Origin: Candidatus Poribacteria bacterium
GTDB lineage: Bacteria > Poribacteria > WGA-4E > PCPOR2b
Reading direction: 5' to 3'
DNA: 64,000 bases
Assembly: GCA_965215015.1 (NCBI GenBank)
Contig: OZ244042.1
Location: forward strand, 3,296,001 to 3,360,000
This document shows positions 61,367 through 64,000 of this stretch, piece after piece (positions within the stretch are counted from its first letter, which is position 1; every line of letters starts with the position of its first letter). The position numbers and the translations under genes are program-made. The notes beneath the pieces are model-generated. The model worked only from the letters and a program-made list of their open reading frames with translations. It made no database searches and had not been told where the DNA came from.

Positions 61367-61696
61367 GTCGTAGCAACAAGGGATTAGAGAAAACTTTAGT
61401 GGGGCTGCCCATAATTCTTGTCTGAATCACGGATTCTTGCCCCGAAAATACCCTATATGTTGCCCTACACCCCGGGGTCATTGAGAAACACTGGGATTCT
61501 CGCGCAATGTTCATCGTTGGTTGCCCCATGACCCTTGCACTATAGTCCTGGTATCCTCGGCGATTTATCGCCGGTGAAGAGGCCTCTCAACGCCCGATTT
61601 ATCGAGTGGCGACAGTTAATCCTACTACCGTTTTGACGTGAGCTAAAAATGAAACGCGCCATTCTCTGTTAGGTTAGAGCTAACAGAGGTCAGATT

Positions 61697-62938
61697 TCAC
61701 TCTACATATTTTCGGACAGCAATAGAGGTGTTGTGTCCACCAAAACCGAAGGCGTTGGACAATGCAACTTGAATATTTGCAGACCGTCCTTGATTCGGCA
61801 CACAGTCCAAGTCACAATCCGGATCGGGATTTTCGTAGTTGACGGTTGGTGGGATATAATCGTTTTGCATTGCACACAAGGTGGCAATCAACTCGACGGC
61901 TCCGGCAGCACCAAGCAGGTGACCTATCATAGACTTCGTTGCACTCATAGCAAGGCGGTGAGCGTGATCTCCAAAAAGTGCCTTAACAGCAAGTGTTTCT
62001 GCGATGTCGCCTGATGGCGTTGAGGTGCCGTGCGCATTGATATAATCAACATCCTCCGGTGCAATTTGGGCATCTTTGAGTGCCAATTCCATTGATTTGG
62101 CAGCACCTTCTCCATTTTCACTCGGGTGCACCATATCATAGGCATCAGCACTCATCCCATAGCCAACAATTTCGCCATAAATAGGTACATTACGTTTCAA
62201 GGCGTGCGACAGGGATTCCAAGACTAATACGCCTGCCCCCTCGCCCATCACAAACCCATCGCGCTCCTTATCAAATGGGCGGCTTGCCCGCTGCGGTTCG
62301 TCATTGCGCGTAGACATTGCACGCATGGCGCAGAAACCGGCAAAGCTCAATGGGGTAATTGCATCTTCCGAACCGCCGGCAAACATCACATCGGCATCGC
62401 CACGCTGGATGATCTTGAACGATTCCCCAATCGCGTTGTTCGCGGTTGCACAGGCGGTAACAGATGCAAAATTGGGTCCCTTGAGTTTCAAATGAATCGA
62501 GATTTGTCCAGAGGCCATGTTAATAATCTCGTGAGGTACAAAGAAAGGACTGACCCGCCTTGGTCCTTTTTCGAGCAAGATTCGGTGATTTTCCTCTAGG
62601 ACACTGATGCCCCCGATTCCGGACCCGACGCCGACGCCAACGCGATAAGGATCTATTGAAGAAAGATTGAGGGCTGCCTCCTGTTGGGCTTGAATTGCGG
62701 ACACCAGTGCATATTGGATGAACAGTGGCAAACGCGCCACAGCCTTCCGCGGAAGATAGGTCTCCGGCGCAAACCCCTTGATCTCGCCCCCAATTTGCGT
62801 GCGAAAATCTTGCGGATCAAAATGTGTAACCCGATCAATACCACTTTTGCCTACCGCAATTGATTCCCAAAACTCATCTTTAGTGTTGCCTACAGAACAG
62901 ACAACTCCCATTCCAGTGATAACGACTCGATTCCCCAC
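61697..62938 (-). CDS. fabF: 3-oxoacyl-ACP synthase II
   Basis: [34 protein letters not shown]; GTG start with RBS gagg. Confidence 0.97.
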   Translation of the reverse strand: MGNRVVITGMGVVCSVGNTKDEFWESIAVGKSGIDRVTHFDPQDFRTQIGGEIKGFAPETYLPRKAVARLPLFIQYALVSAIQAQQEAALNLSSIDPYRVGVGVGSGIGGISVLEENHRILLEKGPRRVSPFFVPHEIINMASGQISIHLKLKGPNFASVTACATANNAIGESFKIIQRGDADVMFAGGSEDAITPLSFAGFCAMRAMSTRNDEPQRASRPFDKERDGFVMGEGAGVLVLESLSHALKRNVPIYGEIVGYGMSADAYDMVHPSENGEGAAKSMELALKDAQIAPEDVDYINAHGTSTPSGDIAETLAVKALFGDHAHRLAMSATKSMIGHLLGAAGAVELIATLCAMQNDYIPPTVNYENPDPDCDLDCVPNQGRSANIQVALSNAFGFGGHNTSIAVRKYVE

Positions 62939-63098
62939 GAATATACCTCTTTCGCCTTGGAAACATAGAAATAGATTGGTGGAAGGGGAATGTGTGTATA
63001 ACATAACCAAAGGTTGATAGCACACCCTCCCCAGATAATAAGCAGAAACTGTCTGCCGTATCGGTAACTACAACGCTCTAATTGAGCCAGTACAACTA

Positions 63099-63332
63099 TT
63101 AGGCATTCTCATCTAGGTAATCAAGTGCCTGTTGCACAGTGCGAATCTTTTCAGCTTCACTGTCCGGAATTTCAATATCAAATTCCTCTTCAAGTGCCAT
63201 GATCAATTCCACTGTATCCAATGAATCAGCCCCTAAATCATCCATAAACGAGGCATCAGGTTTAACCTGTTCTTCGTCAATCTGTAACTGATCCGCAATC
63301 ATTTTGATAATTCGATCTTGATCTATTGCCAT
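63099..63332 (-). CDS. acpP: Acyl carrier protein
   Basis: [12 protein letters not shown]. Confidence 0.98.
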   Translation of the reverse strand: MAIDQDRIIKMIADQLQIDEEQVKPDASFMDDLGADSLDTVELIMALEEEFDIEIPDSEAEKIRTVQQALDYLDENA

Positions 63333-63377
63333 TGATTTATTAACCTCCTATGTTATTGAAAATTGTATATCAATTCA

Positions 63378-64000
63378 CTACATAAACATGCCACCATCAA
63401 CTTGGATGGCTTGCCCTGTGATGTATCGGGCGGCATCCGACGCCAAAAACAGGGCAGTTCCCGCAACATCCTCTGGTGTACCAAAACTGCCCGTTGGAAT
63501 CATTTCTAACATTTTCTGCTGATCTATCTCCGATATTTTTTCTGTCATATCGGTTGTGATGAAACCGGGGGTAATTGCATTGACTGTGATGCCACGGCTT
63601 CCGACCTCTTTTGCAACAGATTTGGTCAAGCCAATTATTCCAGCTTTAGAAGCGGCATAGTTCGCCTGTCCGGCATTTCCTGCGACTCCCACCACTGATG
63701 AAATATTAATGATTCGCCCACTTCTTTGGCGCATCATTGAACGAATAACGGTACGCATGCAATACGCCGTTCCGGTAAGATTGGTCTGTAAGACCGCATC
63801 CCAGTCCTCGTCCTTCATTCGCATAAGCAGGGCATCACGCGTGATGCCAGCATTATTTACAAGAACGTCGACGCGATCAAATTCCTTCAGCGTTAAATTG
63901 ACAAGTGCCTCTACATCGGCTTTGTTGGCAACATCGGCTTGCGTAGATTTTGCGCTTCCGCCTCCGCTTGAAAGCGATTCAGAGATAGCAGCAACCGATT
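63378..64000 (-). CDS. fabG: 3-oxoacyl-ACP reductase; 5' end outside the window
   Basis: LVNNAGITRD, YAASKAG, VDGG. Confidence 0.96.
   Translation of the reverse strand, partial: SVAAISESLSSGGGSAKSTQADVANKADVEALVNLTLKEFDRVDVLVNNAGITRDALLMRMKDEDWDAVLQTNLTGTAYCMRTVIRSMMRQRSGRIINISSVVGVAGNAGQANYAASKAGIIGLTKSVAKEVGSRGITVNAITPGFITTDMTEKISEIDQQKMLEMIPTGSFGTPEDVAGTALFLASDAARYITGQAIQVDGGMFM

Noticed and set aside
1-64000. tRNA, rRNA, prophage or autonomous transposase genes
   Set aside because: None recognised by eye; no covariance-model search was possible.

Overview
Bacterial chromosomal window (roughly 50% GC by eye) of mostly metabolic genes. These include an enolase-family dehydratase, a Mo-hydroxylase large subunit, two uxuA, two PhyH dioxygenases, TPP enzymes, a sialidase-like protein, a lactonase and fabG-acpP-fabF. 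Gene content and LRR remnants resemble Ca. Poribacteria, but this is inference only. Intergenic DNA is dense with nested REP- and MITE-like repeats. Main points: (1) a large m6A methyltransferase of type IIG-like architecture is bracketed by ~160-bp direct repeats and followed by a ~1.45-kb array; each unit is a variant copy of the gene's own 3' end plus a ~100-bp inverted-repeat element, in A-B-C-D / A'-B'-C'-D' order. (2) The ORF track truncates a probable selenoprotein, a lipoprotein with an HMA domain (UxxC) and an fdhF-like SECIS. (3) A SenA-type (selenoneine synthase-like) gene sits with egtD and a betaine/ergothioneine-type ABC importer, with no senB/senC in the window. (4) PorV-like barrels and a sorting-domain cargo protein suggest T9SS-like export. 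(5) Toxin and nuclease genes are decayed, and two genes carry homopolymer frameshifts. All calls come from reading the sequence and recalled family motifs; no searches were run.
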